Shown here: one piece after another, positions 10,401 through 21,188 of the stretch
Layout: every line of letters begins with the position of its first letter
Numbering within the stretch: position 1 is the first letter of the stretch
Program-made: the position numbers and the translations under genes
Source of the DNA: an uncultured Clostridia bacterium
Lineage (GTDB): Bacteria > Bacillota > Clostridia > TANB77 > CAG-508
Direction: 5' to 3'
NCBI GenBank assembly: GCA_947630065.1
Contig: CANRGE010000001.1
Span: forward strand, 18,840-82,839
DNA length: 64,000 nt
The notes under the pieces: model-generated
Told to the model about the DNA's origin: nothing
Databases searched by the model: none
What the model saw: the letters and a program-made list of their open reading frames with translations, nothing else

Positions 10401-12973
10401 ATATTTAGGTATATTTGCAAGAATTTTTGTTATTGTTGGACTACATAAATTATATTTATCTGCTACTTGTTTTATTGTCATAGGTTGAGATAAATAATAT
10501 TTTATAATTTCTTGCTTTAATTCTTCTGTTATAATTTTACTTGGCATTATTCATCTCCTTTAAAATATTTTTGTTAAAACTTAGACTTTCACCGATTTTG
10601 CTCGATTTTTTCTAAAAAATTTCTTTTTTAGACAACCATACATTTTAGCTGATTTCCAGAGCGGCTTTGTAGAGAATTTAGGTTGTGATACATTCCTTCA
10701 ACTGCTTGGTCTAATTCCTTTTGTGTCATATCAAGTGCATATTGATAACTTCCTTTGTCATCATAAATATAAGTATCTGATATACTGTATTTGTCAGAGT
10801 CTTCTTTTGAAATACTAATTTCCTTTTTATCTTTCGCTATATATTTTAGCCCATCACAATAGTGCTTATAGAATGATTTTCTTACATAAGGAATCATTGT
10901 CCAATCTAAATGAGTAGCTGAAACTCCACCAAACTGATTTAACGATTGTAATTGAAAAATTACTGCTATTAGTTGAAAAGCCGTTTCGATACTATTAGCT
11001 GGACGTATATCTGTTTGACGTGTGTTAAATCCCTTAGCCAGCAAATCATCGAACGGGACAGATAAACAATTGTGTGATACATAATTATTTACAATAAACC
11101 AGTGTGATAATGTTTCTAAATCATATACATCTTCTTTTAAAGGCTCTGTTGTAATTGATATAATTTTTGTTTCATTAAAATTATTACTAATACCCATATA
11201 AGCATAAGAATCATTATATTTGAATGTATTTAATTCAGATTGTAAATTATAAACATCATCAGTTCGACCCACTGTTAAATTGAAACAATCATAATTTCTT
11301 GTTCCTGTTTTTCCTCTAATTTGATAGGTACTACCTTTTTTATTTATCAATGTTATGTGAGAAACATAGCCTAATTCCTTTAACATCATTGCTAATTGTT
11401 GCAAATAAGATTCACAGCAAGAAGTATAAGTTATTCCTCTACTTGTTACACTACCATCAGTATCTATACAAGCTGATAAATAAGCTAATTTTATTTTCTT
11501 ATTACCATTTAATACAAAATTAGGAACTGATATATCTCCTGCACCATTCTTCTTTGCTCCTGCAAAATTCTTAAATAATTTTACAATTATTCTTGAATCA
11601 TCTGTTACACGTATACAAGGTGAAGTGTGCCATTCTTTTGCATAAGATTTATTAAGATGCTTACCAAAAACAGCCTCATAACATTTTACAAAATCATCTA
11701 TTAGTTCTTCATTTATATTAGTAAATGTTAGAGAAAAAGTACTACTCTTTTCATTAATATATACACCACCATCTGCATATATATAGGCATATATTTTTGC
11801 AAGCTCAGGAGAATAAGGTATATATAATGGATATTCATTTTTACTACCACAGCTTTTAATTTTCAAAGAAGAAATAACATCAAAAGACAACGGATATTCT
11901 TTTGTAATTTTCTTAAAATCATTTAATTTTAATGTCAATGATGATGGCGGCAATTCAAAATTATGTTCTTTTGCAAAATCTGAAAATACTATATTATATT
12001 TAAATCTCAAATAATGTCTTAACACAGATAAGTTAGTAATTCTCAAATCTATTTGTTCATCATTTAATTGAGTTAAATCCAAAAAGCTACTCGCTATCTC
12101 TTCCTCTGATAAAGTTAAATTTTCTATATCTAAAAGACAATCACCTTTTTTTAGGTCTTTTACTTCTTTTAGCACTTCTTTACCATTCTCTATTATAGGT
12201 AATCTATGCTCACCAGTTAATTTTATTGGTATTCCAGAACGAGTTTTGATTGTATACAATAGTTCTTTGTCTTTCGGCGACCTTTTTGTAATAGATATTA
12301 GTTTTGTCCAGCCATCACGTGATAAAATAGAATAATTATCATTTTCGATAATAGCTATTTGATTTGTTTTAAGTAAAAACCTGTTTGCCAAATCCTCAAT
12401 TTTTATTGTTTCTATTTCATTATTATGTTTAACTTTAATAAATGATTTTCCTATAGTACAATTGTGTGAACCTATAGCATAACTATCTAAGTCATGAATG
12501 TAAATCTCATTATTTATATGATTATTTTTAGACATTTCTGACATACAGTTATCTAACGCATATTGTTTAAGAACCGTATTATTAACAGCTCCAACTCGTC
12601 CTCCAAAAGACCTTTCATCAACATTAGCGTTCTGATTTTCTACAATTTTTGCACCAATTTTATCACTAATTTCTTTCATAAGTTTAGAATTAGATTCTCT
12701 AACTCTTGTTCTATCATTACGATAGATGATAAAAGCTTTAGCAATATCCTTTCTATTACTTTGCATTAGCTTTTTTTCAATTAAATTTTGAATTTCTTCA
12801 ACTTCAATATTTGTTTCTTTTTTATTTTTTATTTCTGCTGCAATTTTTTCAGCAAGCTCTAAAGTTTTCTTATCCAAAATGGTATCAACAGCTAATGTCG
12901 CTTTGTTAATTGATGAGATAATTTTCTTTTCATCAAAAGCAACCTATCTACCATCTCTTTTAATTACATACAT
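6825..12973 (-). CDS. nrdD: anaerobic ribonucleoside-triphosphate reductase, split into 6 exons by 5 group I introns and carrying an intein
   Basis: Exons: 12973-10647 (intein 12460-11069), 9534-9231, 8948-8625, 8370-8212, 7923-7533, 6919-6825. Joining restores VIKRDGR(TAG)VAFD, IHDLDSYAIGSHN|CLSVPFDDLL, SGNQL|PFTSINYGT, STMG|CRTANGW, TLAVG|QLGLAETL, GVYYTP|AENLCF and RRVTG|YLTGDYKTAFNEGKQAEVEERVKH. Segment lengths sum to a whole number of codons (about 735 aa). Confidence 0.85.
6920..7532 (-). mobile_element. group I intron 5 of nrdD (613 nt, HNH ORF)
   Basis: The 5' exon ends ...ACGGGGT and the intron ends ...AAAAATG (terminal G). Splicing gives GGG T|AT TTA, which is G-Y-L of the glycyl-radical motif. 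Confidence 0.7.
7924..8211 (-). mobile_element. group I intron 4 of nrdD (288 nt, no ORF)
   Basis: The exon ends ...TATACTCCT and the intron ends ...GGGTATAAATG. The junction restores YYTP|AENL. GC-rich structured interior containing CGACTAT. Confidence 0.7.
8371..8624 (-). mobile_element. group I intron 3 of nrdD (254 nt, no ORF)
   Basis: The exon ends ...GCGGTGGGT and the intron ends ...GGGTATAAATG. Its last 47 nt are identical to intron 4. Confidence 0.7.
8949..9230 (-). mobile_element. group I intron 2 of nrdD (282 nt, no ORF)
   Basis: The exon ends ...ACAATGGGT and the intron ends ...AAACACG. The junction restores MG|CR at the active-site Cys. Confidence 0.7.
9535..10646 (-). mobile_element. 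group I intron 1 of nrdD (1112 nt, LAGLIDADG ORF)
   Basis: The exon ends ...AATCAGCT and the intron ends ...CATAACCG. CT|A CCG TTC restores SGNQL-PFTS. Confidence 0.75.
9729..10547 (-). CDS. LAGLIDADG homing endonuclease (double motif), 2 in-frame TAG
   Basis: Track ORFs 10242-10547, 9996-10226 and 9729-9944 share one frame and are separated only by TAGs at 10242 and 9996. Motifs YFLGLLITDGNV and LIRGIFDGDGSI. True stop is TAA at 9729. Confidence 0.8.
11069..12460 (-). mobile_element. intein (464 aa) with LAGLIDADG endonuclease domain in NrdD
   Basis: Begins C-TIGKSF after ...GSHN and ends ...VYDLETLSHWFIVNNYVSHN, followed by +1 Cys (CLSVPFDD). Block B is LTGEHRL. Endonuclease motifs IYAYIYADGGVY and LSACIDTDGSV. 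Confidence 0.85.
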
Positions 12974-13052
12974 AATAAAAACCTCCCATTTTTATTTCTA
13001 TGCAAACGTAAGAGTTTTGTTTTACGTTTCCATTTTCATCACCTCTATTATT

Positions 13053-13081
13053 ATTATACCATAAGAGAGAAACAAAGTCAA
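13053..13081 (-). promoter_or_regulatory. sigma70-type promoter, family copy 4 (nrdD)
   Basis: Minus strand: TTGACT, 17 nt, TATAAT. Confidence 0.6.
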
Positions 13082-13100
13082 GATTTTATAATCTTGACTT
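13075..13100 (-). terminator. hairpin terminator overlapping the -35 of the nrdD promoter
   Basis: 11-bp stem aagtcaagatt/aatcttgactt with a 4-nt loop, just after the TAA at 13103. T-rich tail on the minus strand. Confidence 0.5.
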
Positions 13101-13102
13101 CA

Positions 13103-13489
13103 TTAAATCTCTTCCCAATTTTTTAACATATCATCTGTGATACTTATAATATAACTATTGCCGCCCTTTTCTGTATATGCTTTATATAGGTAAAGCCAAT
13201 TTTCTTTTGCAAATTGAGGAATCTATTTTTCATCTTTATATCTAAAATAAAGCTAAGTAATAGCATTTCTAAGTATTAAAATGTCTACTTCTTCTGAATC
13301 ATTTGCTTTAATTTTTAACTATTCAACACTTTCCTATAATTCTTGATTCGCCGCTTTACTTTCTTCTCGAATTACTTTCTTAAAAGCTTGTAAAGGTCTT
13401 TTTGAAACTAATCCAAAAAAAGTTATAAGCGTTATCAAAATACCAATAAAAGAACCTATATCTTCAAAAATCTTTAATATGCTTGACAC
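13103..13489 (-). CDS. membrane-anchored hypothetical protein (128 aa, 4 in-frame TAG)
   Basis: GTG start after AGGTGAG. SSILKIFEDIGSFIGILITLITFFGLV (TM segment)...NWLYLYKAYTEKGGNSYII...WEEI then TAA. Only visible with TAG read-through. Confidence 0.5.
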
Positions 13490-13906
13490 TTATCTCACCT
13501 TCTTCTAATTTATTAGAATCATATTGTGAATAGGTGTTTTTACAATAAAATTTTTGTTATAAAAGATTTTTTCAAGAGTTAAATCTTCCAGTTCCCAATA
13601 CGGGATTCTGATTAAAGGAATATTATTTAGAATACAAAATCTATTTTTTCTAATATCATATTCCTTCTATTTACAAAAAGTTGACGGATTTTTATGAAAA
13701 TAAGGAGTATATTCAAAATGTTGTATTCCATCTATTTCAATAAGAGCAAGTAATTTTCCTTTGTTAAAAACACCAAAATCAAAACGCAATAACTCTTTAG
13801 CACCTTTTAATTCCCTAAAACTAACTTCCTATTTATACTATATGCCACCTTGTCTAAGAAGATTAGCAACAACTTTTTCACCTTTTGATTTTTTTGTCAC
13901 TAACAT
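13490..13906 (-). CDS. PD-(D/E)xK-type nuclease-like protein (138 aa, 4 in-frame TAG)
   Basis: MLVTKKSKGEKVVANLLRQGGI(TAG)YK(TAG)EVSF...LRFDFGVF...LIEIDGIQHF...IPLIRIPYWE, a pattern typical of small DUF559/Vsr-like phage nucleases. Confidence 0.5.
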
Positions 13907-14679
13907 TCATCTCGTTTTTTAGGTGAATTTTTCTTTTTAGGACAAGACTGTTGCGGCGCAGCAAAAGGATATACTGGAATAACAGTTGGTTCACACTAAT
14001 CGGCACATTCAATTTTAGAAGATTCAACATGATAAGTTGCTATATGTGCAAAATCACCACAATTATGATTTTTGTAAGGCTATTCCATAGTTCTTTTACG
14101 AGGTTCATAATACTTACAATTTAAAATTGCTGAAAAAGGTGTAGTGTTAATAACATCAACATTGGCTTTTAGTTTCTCTTCTGCCGTTTTACGCCAATCT
14201 GAAATTACTTTCTCAATTGTTTCGACACTTTCAGGTTTAATCTCATACTAAACGCCATAGTAAAGTTCTTTACCTATTTTTGGTTCATATCTTTCAAATT
14301 CTTTACTCCAATCAAAAATAAACATTACATAAAAATCTTCTATTTTATATAAAAATTTTACTCTGTTTATATCAGACCATTTAGCTGACATAAAGCTACC
14401 TTTGATTTCTTCTCCCTTTTTCTTAGGTATTATATCAATTTCCTACGGAAAAATTAAATTATCTTCAAAATCAAATCCCGTAAAACCATCATCACATAGC
14501 TGTATTTCTCTATCTTCTTGCGGCTCACCAAGAACTTGCTAAATTAGTGTTACGACTTTTCTATAATCTTTCTAAAACTAACAAACCTCTCGCTTATCAC
14601 ATTCTAAGCATTTAATCTTTACTATACAATGCGGCGGTGGACAAGGAACATTTATTGTATTTAAGTAAAGTCTATTCAA
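13897..14679 (-). CDS. Cys-rich hypothetical protein (260 aa, 8 in-frame TAG)
   Basis: TTG start 7 nt after AAGGAGGTG. One continuous frame with only TAG interruptions. Ends TAG-TGA, overlapping the next ATG. Confidence 0.5.
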
Positions 14680-14759
14680 GAAATTCACCTCCTTAAATAA
14701 AAGAGAACGATTCTTTCTCTTTCTATTTAAGTAAAAATTATATTATTTTTCTCTAAAAG

Positions 14760-15878
14760 TTAATTATTAACTATTTGTGACCAGTCACAATCATTAGGTG
14801 TTTTGTCAGGTCTTTCTTCTATAATTTTTGCGTGTCTTAAAGAATAATTGTCATTGATGTGTTCTATTTCCATTGCTGAAATTGAAAAGACTTTGTTAAT
14901 CCATTCGTCAGGATTTTGTACTATTCCTTTTTTCATTTCATCTGGTATACCACTTATCCAGCAAATGCGCACTGGATTGCCGTCTTTCATAACAGAAAAT
15001 GATAAAGAACCCGCATAATTAAGATAATAAGATTTTGTTATTGGTATAATAGTGTCACCACTTAAATAATTCTTAAAATAATTACCGCATAATTTTTTAT
15101 GATTTTTTAAGTCGTACCAATATTGCCATGTATCAATTTGACTACCCGTATAATCTCTTGTAGCTGCAACATATGCACCATCAATAAAAGCGTCAATTGT
15201 ATCATTCAATTCTTTTTTCATTTTAAGAGTTAATCGTGCCGTGCGCTTACCACAAGTATATGGTATGTCTTTTCGCTGAATTACAATACCCTCTTGTCCA
15301 TTTGCAATCGTGTCAAGATATAACTCCCATAAATCTTTACCGCAATAATAATGAGCTATCTCAATTGATTTTATTGGTTTAATATAAGATAAGTATTCTA
15401 TTCTTTTACTTATTGAAGTTTCTATTAAGATTTTATTATCCCATGCTAAAACGTCAAAAGCATAAAAATGAAGAGGACTTTGTCTCTGTCTTTGTAAACT
15501 TTTTTCTTTTAAACAATTCAAAATACTTGTTGCTTTACGACTACCTTCGTCTTTATATTTATAAATTTCACCTACTATTACAGAACCATTAGGAATTGTT
15601 TTTAACTCGTCTGTAATAGTGGGAATCCATTCACCTTTATCTGCATAAGTACCATCAACATTTTTTGTTCTACTTCTTAAATGAAAATTTCCAGAAGAAT
15701 CTTTTATTATCATAGACCAAATGCCATCTACTTTTCTTGCACCTATATATTCACCACTAAAAATCATATGTCTTGCTTCTTCTTTTTTCTTTTTAATATC
15801 ATAAGATTTAGGGTGACTCCAATATTTCATAGCCTCAAAATTATCCCAAAAATCAACGTCTGAAATAATTATGTTCAT
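14760..15878 (-). CDS. ATP-dependent DNA ligase
   Basis: Nucleotidyltransferase motifs ARKVDGI (I), FYAFDVL (III), EGIVIQRKD (IV) and LKMKKE (V). No TAG. Confidence 0.8.
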   Translation of the reverse strand: MNIIISDVDFWDNFEAMKYWSHPKSYDIKKKKEEARHMIFSGEYIGARKVDGIWSMIIKDSSGNFHLRSRTKNVDGTYADKGEWIPTITDELKTIPNGSVIVGEIYKYKDEGSRKATSILNCLKEKSLQRQRQSPLHFYAFDVLAWDNKILIETSISKRIEYLSYIKPIKSIEIAHYYCGKDLWELYLDTIANGQEGIVIQRKDIPYTCGKRTARLTLKMKKELNDTIDAFIDGAYVAATRDYTGSQIDTWQYWYDLKNHKKLCGNYFKNYLSGDTIIPITKSYYLNYAGSLSFSVMKDGNPVRICWISGIPDEMKKGIVQNPDEWINKVFSISAMEIEHINDNYSLRHAKIIEERPDKTPNDCDWSQIVNN

Positions 15879-15905
15879 AAAAAGACCCCTTTCATTTTTA
15901 ACAAA

Positions 15906-16127
15906 TCATCTTATCCACTTTTTTATGGTTTGATAAATGTCTTTTTCACACTCTACAAAAATGTTATCCCATTCAGCCATCGCAAGGGCGGCGGCGAGTT
16001 GTGATTTTGCACTTACTTTGAATTTGTGCCGTGGGTCAGTCAAATAAACCTCACTATCTATGTTTGAAACAGCATTTATGAAGTCTGTTACATCTTTCAT
16101 AGTTACAAGCTCAATTTTATTTTTCAT
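15906..16127 (-). CDS. hypothetical protein (weak HPr-like resemblance)
   Basis: Intact 73-aa ORF with GGAGG RBS. VSAKSQLAAALAM recalls the HPr-family KS..g...L segment. Assignment is weak. Confidence 0.4.
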   Translation of the reverse strand: MKNKIELVTMKDVTDFINAVSNIDSEVYLTDPRHKFKVSAKSQLAAALAMAEWDNIFVECEKDIYQTIKKWIR

Positions 16128-16265
16128 TCAAAAACCTCCAAATTACTTTTTCTTAAACAATATTTCCCAAATTATATTTATTATTCCTTTTATAAATAAA
16201 TAATAAACAATACCTAATATTATTAGTTTCATAATAAAAATCCTTTCTGTTTCTTTTATAATAAT

Positions 16266-16294
16266 ATTATATCATAATTTTTTCAGAAAAGCAA
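16266..16294 (-). promoter_or_regulatory. sigma70-type promoter, family copy 5
   Basis: Minus strand: TTGCTT, 17 nt, TGaTATAAT. Confidence 0.55.
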
Positions 16295-16457
16295 ATATTT
16301 TATAGACAAAGAAAGACTATGATTAACATAGTCTTTCATAATATTTATGATAAAAATTTATAATCTTTATTTGTTTTAAGAATTTCATTAAGATTCTGAA
16401 CTTCTAACGTAGCAACTTCATATTCTCCAAAATCTTTTTCAATACACCAACACCACA

Positions 16458-16733
16458 TCATTCATCATCACCCTTTGAAAAAATCTAATCTCTCTATATT
16501 TCAAAAAAATCTTTTTTCTATTCTGCCTAACGTTCTTTATAATTAGACTAAAATTTTTCTTGTTCTTTAGAAAAATTATCATCATTTTTTATTGGCTTTA
16601 ATTCTTTTTTCTCGTCCTATATTTCTTCTTTATCATTATATTGTTCTTTTTCTATAAAATCATTCTTAGGCTTTTTAGTAAAAACAGCAGCTATAATTAA
16701 AAGTGATACAATTAAAAATAATACAATAACCAT
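16458..16733 (-). CDS. membrane-anchored hypothetical protein (91 aa, 6 in-frame TAG)
   Basis: The ATG overlaps the thyX TAA (TAATG). MVIVLFLIVSLLIIAAVF (TM segment), then a charged tail. Ends TGA, overlapping an ATGATG start for a possible 38-aa ORF at 16345-16461. Confidence 0.45.
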
Positions 16734-17449
16734 TACTTTTCCTTTTTGGGATAGCGTCCACAGCTTTTCATTTCATCGCAATATCCACTTATTTCACACT
16801 TACTCTTAAAAATTTTCTCTTCTTCAATTAAATATTTCCATTCATCAGAATAGGCGGAAAGAGATTCCTCTATTTGCTTAAAAAGCTCTCTAAATTCATG
16901 ATAGGCTCTTGAACATTTTCTTACTTTTGCCATGTCAATCAACATTCTCAAATTTGTTCTAAATACAATTTTTGTTTCCATTCCTAAAGGAAAAATATTT
17001 GCTACATCTTCTTTAGGAATTTTGCACTCATTTTCTAAAAAATGTGCCGTTTCTATTATATTATTCATACACTTATCATATGCCTTTTTTGCTTTTTCAT
17101 TATCATTAACCTTTGGCGGCGTAAAATAAGAAAAATTAGAATAATTAACATATCTTGTTGATTCTTGTAAGTAAGTAGGTGCGCCGCCTATGTGTCTTGT
17201 AAATTCTCTTATAACTCTTGCAGACCAGCCGCTAAGAATTAAATAAATTTGTGGATATTCAAGAACTCGTCCATGTCCTGATTTCAAGCAATTAAGTCCT
17301 CTTTGAAAATTTTTCTCATGATTAGTAACATCAGCAGACCAACAAATTCCTGCAAATTCCCCAGCATCTGTAAGAGGTTCATCAGTAGTTGCAGAATGAA
17401 CAATTACCTTACCTGTTTGATTCCACCTTGACGCAAGCATATTATTCAT
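16733..17449 (-). CDS. thyX: flavin-dependent thymidylate synthase
   Basis: SGWSARVIREFTRHIGGAPTYLQESTRYV resembles the ThyX RHRxxxxxxxS..S.RY signature. 238 aa, no TAG. Confidence 0.65.
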   Translation of the reverse strand: MNNMLASRWNQTGKVIVHSATTDEPLTDAGEFAGICWSADVTNHEKNFQRGLNCLKSGHGRVLEYPQIYLILSGWSARVIREFTRHIGGAPTYLQESTRYVNYSNFSYFTPPKVNDNEKAKKAYDKCMNNIIETAHFLENECKIPKEDVANIFPLGMETKIVFRTNLRMLIDMAKVRKCSRAYHEFRELFKQIEESLSAYSDEWKYLIEEEKIFKSKCEISGYCDEMKSCGRYPKKEK

Positions 17450-17666
17450 CAGCCCCCTTTACACGTACAATATTACTACCATTACCAAAAAACATTCTTG
17501 CAAGAACATATAATCCAAAAAATTGCCAAAAATTAAGTTCTGGTAGACCAAAAGTTGGTACAAGGATGACAGTATACACAAACAAACCTAATTTTATTAA
17601 AGCCCAATAATAAATTAAAAGTACTACTATAGCTATAATAATTATTGAGAAGTTTACATCTTTCAT
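17442..17666 (-). CDS. small membrane protein
   Basis: 74-aa ORF with two hydrophobic segments and AAAGGAG RBS. Confidence 0.5.
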   Translation of the reverse strand: MKDVNFSIIIIAIVVLLIYYWALIKLGLFVYTVILVPTFGLPELNFWQFFGLYVLARMFFGNGSNIVRVKGADE

Positions 17667-18251
17667 TTATTGTTCTCCTTTCATTGAATTAAAAAATAAC
17701 TAATCATCTATTATTCTTGGTATTTCATTCATTTCAATAGGTTCATAACACCAATTATATATGCTTAGATTTAAAACTTTTTTGTTGAAAATTTCCCCCT
17801 TTTTAAGAATTTTTTCTTTTACTAAAGAAGATTCCGCTGCTGCAAAATAATAATTCTCATTATACCAAATTTTGGTATTATCTTTATTCATATTTATGAT
17901 AACTTTTTCTTCTTTATTATCTATAATTCCCTCAATAAAACCATCTAAGGAACAGGTTTTAATAATACCGATACTTTTCCATAAATCATCTCTTTTTATA
18001 ATAGGCTGATTATTTAAATCCGTCACAATACATTTAGACTATATCTAAGTTATTAAGGATTTAGTTTCCTCTACTTTACCATAACTAATCTCTCCAAACA
18101 AAAGTAAAAAATCATCTTTACTAACAATTGTATTTATCTTTTCTATAATCATTTGATTATATTCTGTTGCTGTAAGATTAGTTTTTTTAATCATTCGCGG
18201 GTCAAAAAATCTTGTATCAGCTGCTAAAAAAGTATTACAGATAATATTCAC
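17667..18251 (-). CDS. metallophosphoesterase-like protein (degenerate motifs), 3 in-frame TAG
   Basis: Track ORFs 18045-18251 and 17700-18026 share a frame and are joined by TAG-ATA-TAG. The TAG at 17700 is followed by 10 more codons to TAA 17667. FLAADTRFFDPR...LLLFGEIS resembles the sDtHFgH...LGD pattern. Confidence 0.4.
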
Positions 18252-18274
18252 CTCTTTTTCATTTTCTATATATT

Positions 18275-18303
18275 ATTATAGCATAATTTTTTAATAAAAT
18301 CAA
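18275..18303 (-). promoter_or_regulatory. sigma70-type promoter, family copy 6
   Basis: Minus strand: TTGATT, 17 nt, TATAAT. Confidence 0.55.
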
Positions 18304-18307
18304 ATCT

Positions 18308-20104
18308 TTAAAATCCTTTAAGCTCTATAAAGTTTAAATCACTACAAAGAATTTGTAAGCTACAATTACCATTCCAATAATTTAAGTTTCCTTTGCCAAC
18401 TACAGTGAAAATAAGATTTTTGCCATTAGTTTGTTCTAACTCTTCAATTATATTTTCTGCCTTAAATTTAATATAACTAATATCATTAACTATAAATTTT
18501 AATGTATCTTGATTTTTTCCTATTATTTGATAATCCTGAACCACAATATTTTCTACTACTATAATTGGTTCAGGGTTTCCTTGACCCCATAACTTTTTTC
18601 CATTATCTAAATCTAATATCAAATCTTTTAAATAAGAACAATTTTCATTAACAATAAAATCGGCTTCATAATAGCCTTCATTAAAATTAACATCTTTTAA
18701 TTTTTCGTTGGCATAACTCTAAAGTTTGCTTATGTCTGATTTGCTCATACCGAAACCAGCCGCATTAGCATGACCCTCAACGTAACTCATGTAATTGCTG
18801 TCCTACAAAAATTTTTTAAAGTCCTTTAATTCACTTTCTTCTCTTCCGCGAACCGAACCCTTTAAATATCCGTCTGGACTAATACGTCCAAGCATTGTAG
18901 GTTTTTTATATTTTGATGCAATTTCTCCTGCAATAAGTCCTGTAAGATTATTTGAAACATTTAAGTCATCAGCTTGCAAAATAAGAATCTTATTTTCATC
19001 AAGGCAATTATCGCTAATTTGAATGTCAAGTAATTCAATAGCTTTTTCTTTTTCTCTATTCTGTCTATTACGAGCATTGACACAATTTCTTGTACTTTGT
19101 TCTGTAATGGTTTCCATTGTATTTTCACCGCCGCGCTTTGTTGAAACAATCTGTTTGTCTCCTTCAATAAAGCTACGAAAAAGTATTTCTTTTTCATTTT
19201 GAGTTCCAACTCTAATAAGAGCATTGATAAGCGGCGTTACATAAAAAGCAACTTTAATTTGAGTAATTTCACCATTTGTATAATAATCGTTTGTCCATGA
19301 TTCTGGACGAATACCTAACATAGGATAGCATTGTTTTTTTATAATTTCTCTAAAAAGACTATTGTTTATATTACTTAAACCACAGTCACAAATATATCTA
19401 TTCTCAAAAGTCTACATATTCATCATGTCACCGATTTCTCCCAGTGCCACAAGGTCTAAGTATTCTTTAATCATTGGTTTGTAAGATTTTTCTATCATCA
19501 ACTTCTTTTCAAAATATTCAAGAAACTTATAAACTACACCAACACCACTTAAAAATTTATTAGGATAATTTTTAGAGAGCTAATTGTTTATAACTATAGC
19601 ATTTTCGCTATATTTATCTACTAAGTGATGGTCTAATACTAATAGGTCATAACCCATATCTGAAAGAATTTTATGCTACTCATAGTCATTACTTGAACTA
19701 TCTGGTAATACAATTAAATCATATTTTTTTTCATTTTCTAATTCAGACATTATACAACGTAATCCGTGTTCTTTACCTTGCGGAATATGATATGATAAAG
19801 TAAAATCATATAGTGATGAAAGAATATCTGTTAAATAATTATAAAATAAAGCCGCGCTTGTATAGCCGTCACAGTCTGGGTCAACTATAATTAAAATTGA
19901 ACTATTATTTTTTAGGTGTTTTAATAGTAATTGATAACCTTCTTCTATATTATCCAATAAATTAGCATCATATTCATTTTCTTTAGAAACATGAAAAAAA
20001 TTATAAATATCTTTTTCATCATGGGGTAAAATATTTCTTTCCTATAATAATTCATTTAAAAAATTCTCTTTTATTTCCTTGCTTGTTTTTCTTACATATT
20101 GCAA
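18308..20104 (-). CDS. recJ: RecJ-like DHH/DHHA1 single-strand exonuclease (598 aa, about 6 in-frame TAG)
   Basis: ORFs 19676-19957, 18803-19321 and 18308-18622 plus the gaps share one frame. IIVDPDCDG, LLVLDHH and EGHANAAGFG motifs. TTG start after TAAGGAGG. Confidence 0.8.
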
Positions 20105-20117
20105 TTAAAAAACCTCC

Positions 20118-21188
20118 TTATATCCAAACTGTGTTTTGCCAATATAATTTTAAGAAAGTTTCACCACCTCTATCCATTGGACTTTCTTTTAATTTTAAAA
20201 TATTATTACTATCCCAAATAAAGCCCATTTTCACTTTATTCTAATATTTTTTACAAAAATTCATTAACTTATTATAATATTTATCTTTTTCTTTCCAATT
20301 TGTCCCCTCTTTATCAAAAGCAATTAAAATTCGATTAACTCCTAAATTCAATAAGAGGTTAATCTAATAATCAGATATATTGCTGCCGCAAGCCGCAACG
20401 ACTATATTATCATGAGAACCAAAATAAGACATATATTGTAAACAAGACTTTTCTGATTCAGCTATTATAGCCATTCCTATACGTTTAATATTGCCTGCTA
20501 CAAAATTAAGTCCATATAAATTATAACCTAATGGGTGAGATAATACTTCTCCATTTACAACAATAGGTCTATATTTTCCGTTCAACTCTGCTTCATCTGG
20601 GTCTAATGCTCGTCCCCTAACTCCAATTAAATAGCCCTCTCTATTATAATGGGGAATTATTACTTTATTTTCTATTATTGAATATCCAATTTGATAATGC
20701 CGCATGGCTTCTTCTGTAATACCATCATCTAACCATTCTGCAATTGGATAAGTAATAAAAGTATTAAGAATATTGGGGTTTAAGTGCTTTAAATTAACTA
20801 TTATTTTTTTCTTCTAATATTTATCTAATTCTAAATCATATGGCTGATAAAAAGAACTTTCAAAAGGGGAGCTTGTATAATTTGCTTTTTTTGCTAATCT
20901 AAGTACTATATCTTTATAAAAATCATAATCTTGATTTAATATTTCATAACGTTTCTATAATAATTTAGCTATATTAAAAGTTCCACAGCAAGTATAACAG
21001 ACAAATAATTTACTATTTTTATAATAATAAAGTTTATGTGAACCATCTTCGGCGTAATGATTATGACATATAGTAGGAAAAATTATTTCATTTTTATGTT
21101 CTATATAATTTTCTCCACCAATAGAAGTCATTATTTCCTTAATATCATCTGTTGTTAAATTTTTAACAACTTCATTAACATCAATCAC
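20118..21188 (-). CDS. dnaG: DnaG-type DNA primase (356 aa, 3 in-frame TAG)
   Basis: Zn-finger region FPTICHNH...FVCYTCCG, RNA-polymerase core IIPHYNREGYLIGVRGR...KYRP...LYGL, and Toprim AIIAESEKSCL...IAFDKEG. ORFs 20955-21188 and 20364-20705 are in frame. Confidence 0.8.

Noticed and set aside
18961-19224. Same-strand alternative-frame ORFs: 18961-19224 inside recJ, 27489-27746 inside the methyltransferase, 53406-53630 and 54215-54406 inside L1, and 62065-62289 inside tail fibre 3.
   Set aside because: They are out of frame with or antisense to genes that have clear motif support, and none has an independent start signal.
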